From an uncultured Gemmatimonadales bacterium (GTDB taxonomy: Bacteria; Gemmatimonadota; Gemmatimonadetes; Gemmatimonadales; GWC2-71-9): a stretch of 64,000 bases of DNA. Below the pieces are notes generated by a model. It was not told the origin of the DNA. It saw only the letters and a program-made list of their open reading frames with translations, and did no database searches. Of the stretch, positions 61,489 to 64,000 are shown piece after piece; position 1 is the stretch's first letter; every line of letters starts with the position of its first letter. The position numbers were made by a program, and so were the translations under genes. The DNA is taken from assembly GCA_963730185.1 (NCBI GenBank), contig CAVSQW010000015.1, positions 224,001 to 288,000 on the forward strand, read 5' to 3'.

Positions 61489-61649
61489 GCGGGAGACGAG
61501 GGGCCGCGAGGCCCCTCGTTGCGCTATTACGACTCCTTCGCGGGGGAATTTCGAACCGCGGACGGTTGATCCTCGGAAGAGGGCGAGGCCTAGCGTGGGC
61601 TGCGTGACCCGGCAGCTCACCCACCCTCCCTTGACCCGAGGTTCTTGCC

Positions 61650-63122
61650 ATGCCTTCCAGACCACTCCCGCGACCGCTTTCGGTAGTCCTCCCCCTGCTT
61701 GCCTTGACGCTCGCCGGCGGCGCCTGCGCCGATCCCTCGGGGCCGGCGGAGCTTGCTGCTCCCGAGCTCGCCGTTGGGCGGAATGCCGGCGACACGGCGG
61801 GCAGCTACATCGTCGTGCTCCGGCCCTCGTCCGCCGCCCGAGGGTCCTCCCGGACCCTCCAGCGCCAGTTTGCCAAGCGAATGCACTTCGACTACCAGAC
61901 GGTCCTGGTCGGGTTCGCCGCCGACCTGACGGCACCGGCGGTCCGTGCCCTCCGCCGCCGGCCCGAGGTCGCGTACGTGGTGCCGGACGGGCCGGTCGTC
62001 CCGGCCGGGCTGGATGCCACGGCGGGCTGGGGAGTGGGCCGGATCGACCAGCGGTATGGCCCGTCGGACAGCCGGTTCGCGTATGGCACGACCGGGAGCG
62101 GCGTCAACATTTACATCGTCGACACCGGCATCGACGTGGCCCATCCGGACTTCGGGGGTCGGGCCGCCGGCGCCTGGTCATGGGATCCGGCCGGCTATCC
62201 TGCGGGTCAGGACTGCAACGGCCATGGCACGGCCGTGGCGAGCGTCGCGGCGGGATCGGAATATGGGGTGGCGAAGGGCGCTCGGATCTGGTCGGTTCGC
62301 GCCCGCGACTGCAACGCCCACGGAACCAAGAGTCGATACATCGCGGCCATGGAGTGGGTGGCGAGAAATCATCTGAAACCGGCGGTGATGAATCTCAGCT
62401 TCGAGGTGTGGGATGGCACCGGATTGAACACTCACTATCCAGTCCGCGACGCCGCCATCGGGGCCAAGAACGCCGGGGTCTTCGTGGTCGCCGCCGCCGG
62501 CAATCGGGGCACCGACGCCTGCTCGTCGGCCCCGGCCAACGCCCTCCCGATCATGACCGTGGGGGCCACCGACCCGGCCGATTCCCGGCCGGCATTTTCC
62601 AACTACGGATCGTGTGTCGATCTGTTCGCCCCGGGAACGTCGATTAGCGCCGCGAACCATACGGGCGGGTACGGCCAGTGGACCGGGACGTCGTTCGCCG
62701 CGCCGATCGTGGCCGGCATCGGGGCGCTGCTGTTCGAGCGCTACCCGACCGACTCGCCGGACCAGATTCACTACGCCATCCGGGATGGCGCCACCGCGGG
62801 TGTGGTCCGGAACCCCGGGCCGAGCTCGCCCAATCTCCTGGCCTACTCCCAATTGCCGGTCCCGGTCTACACCTCGATCACCGGCCCCTCTCAGGTAGGC
62901 CCGTTCATGCACTGCACCTGGATTGCCGACGTCCGCGGCGGGCGGGCGCCGTTTCAATACACCTGGAGCGGGATTCTGTCCGGCTTCTCGAATCTGATGT
63001 CGGGTCAGGTGAGCGGTCTCGGATCGCTCAATCTCACGGTGCGTGATGCCTTGGGCGGGACGGCATCGTCGAGTCGATTCGTGCGGGTCGATCCGGCCAA
63101 CCACTCCACTTGGTGCGCCTGA
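61650..63122 (+). CDS. S8 subtilase (aqualysin/proteinase K-like) with I9-like prodomain
   Basis: YIVVL prodomain, IVDTG, DCNGHGT, AAAGN, GTSFAAP. Confidence 0.93.
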   Translation: MPSRPLPRPLSVVLPLLALTLAGGACADPSGPAELAAPELAVGRNAGDTAGSYIVVLRPSSAARGSSRTLQRQFAKRMHFDYQTVLVGFAADLTAPAVRALRRRPEVAYVVPDGPVVPAGLDATAGWGVGRIDQRYGPSDSRFAYGTTGSGVNIYIVDTGIDVAHPDFGGRAAGAWSWDPAGYPAGQDCNGHGTAVASVAAGSEYGVAKGARIWSVRARDCNAHGTKSRYIAAMEWVARNHLKPAVMNLSFEVWDGTGLNTHYPVRDAAIGAKNAGVFVVAAAGNRGTDACSSAPANALPIMTVGATDPADSRPAFSNYGSCVDLFAPGTSISAANHTGGYGQWTGTSFAAPIVAGIGALLFERYPTDSPDQIHYAIRDGATAGVVRNPGPSSPNLLAYSQLPVPVYTSITGPSQVGPFMHCTWIADVRGGRAPFQYTWSGILSGFSNLMSGQVSGLGSLNLTVRDALGGTASSSRFVRVDPANHSTWCA

Positions 63123-63665
63123 TGAATCGCTCGACTTGGGTCTTGCTGGTCCTCTGCCCCTGTGGCACCGGTTCCGTCGCGGTCGCCCAGGGCGGACCGT
63201 CCCCGGGTCGGCGCCCGGTCGCTCCGCCCGCGCTGGTGCTGGGAGCCGGCCCGGGGACCGTCAGCGGCGGCGATCTGGAGGCGACCGGCCGGCTGGCCGT
63301 CGAACAGCCCTGGGGGGCGTCTGGCGGCTCCGTCTGTCCGGCGAGGCCTGGGTCGGGTCCGGCGATTGTGTCTCTGGCTTGGAGCCTAGGTGCCCTGCAG
63401 GAATACCAGGTCGGGATGGGCGATCCGCGCCGGTGCGGGTAGCGCGGGCTTGGGGGGGCGGCTCCCGGCCACGCCCGTCGTCGGGGTGGCTCGACGGGAG
63501 GGGGTGGCGCCGCCGATGGCGGGGATCGTTCTGGGGTGTGACGCCGGACCCAAGGCTGGGTTGGGTCTTCGGGTGGAGGCGAGCTACCAGCGGCTGTTCG
63601 GCGCTCTCCGCGCCGATCGGGTGAGCCTGCTCCTGGGGGGCAGGGTAGCGCTCGGCGGCGCTTAG
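63122..63665 (+). pseudogene. Interrupted exported protein, possibly outer-membrane beta-barrel-like
   Basis: Signal-like N-terminus in one frame, beta-strand-like C-terminus GLRVEASYQR...SLLLGGRV in another. Confidence 0.35.
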
Positions 63666-63752
63666 GCGAAGCCCGCGTCGCCTCGGGGGAGCCCCCCGGC
63701 CCACAGCCCCACAACGGTCCGGCCGGTGGCCGGCTGGGTGTCGGGGTCCGGG

Positions 63753-64000
63753 TTAGACCACGTCCGTGGCGGTCGACTGGCCGACGGAGGTTGGACCTTC
63801 CCTCTGGAAGCCCGGACGGCCCATCGCCGCGAACGTGAGCCGCTTGCCGAGCTCCACGCCGGGCTGGTCGAACGGGTTGACGCCGTACCAGATGCCGGCG
63901 TACCCCGTGGCAATCTGGAAGAACATGATCAGCTCACCGAGGGTCTCGGCGTTGAGTTCGGGGACCTCGAGCAGGGTGCTCATCCGGCCCATCCGCGCCA
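63753..64000 (-). CDS. pgi: Glucose-6-phosphate isomerase, C-terminal part
   Basis: GVNPFDQPGVELGK. Confidence 0.93.
   Translation of the reverse strand, partial: ARMGRMSTLLEVPELNAETLGELIMFFQIATGYAGIWYGVNPFDQPGVELGKRLTFAAMGRPGFQREGPTSVGQSTATDVV

Overview
High-GC bacterial chromosomal window, probably Gemmatimonadota. This is an inference from gene content: alpha2-type GlyRS, a GWxTD-like protein, a HEAT/HD-GYP pair and multiple minor-pilin cassettes. It is mostly densely packed core and envelope genes. In order: end of the spc operon (secY-adk-map), suhB, trpS, a PilT paralog, purA, two divergent FimT-PilV-PilW-PilX minor-pilin cassettes, glyQS, a zincin/hypothetical/ubiquitin-like/HDAC cluster, dipeptide epimerase, Prx/OsmC, priA, a TonB receptor, a TIGR00300-like/Fur/CcdA cluster, an ABC exporter, ggt, a murQ-anmK-nagZ-SSS peptidoglycan-recycling operon, a Ser/Thr kinase-PP2C-FHA/protease triad, an amidase, a GWxTD-like protein, class II RNR, a PLD-family protein, HEAT plus HD-GYP, ispG-ccdA-tlpA, a large S-layer-like lipoprotein, a subtilase and the end of pgi. 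Several genes, including essential trpS, carry single-base indels that look like long-read consensus errors. I saw no tRNA, rRNA, CRISPR array or mobile element. Best leads are a eukaryote-like ubiquitin-fold gene translationally coupled to a lysine deacylase, twin divergent pilus-tip cassettes around a quasi-palindromic sigma54 site, a catalytically degenerate PilT, an FHA-TM-protease signalling triad, a probable CTG start codon, and a dispersed heptamer (CCCTACT-like, G4-capable) repeat family abutting start codons. All functional calls come from motif recognition by eye; no searches were run.
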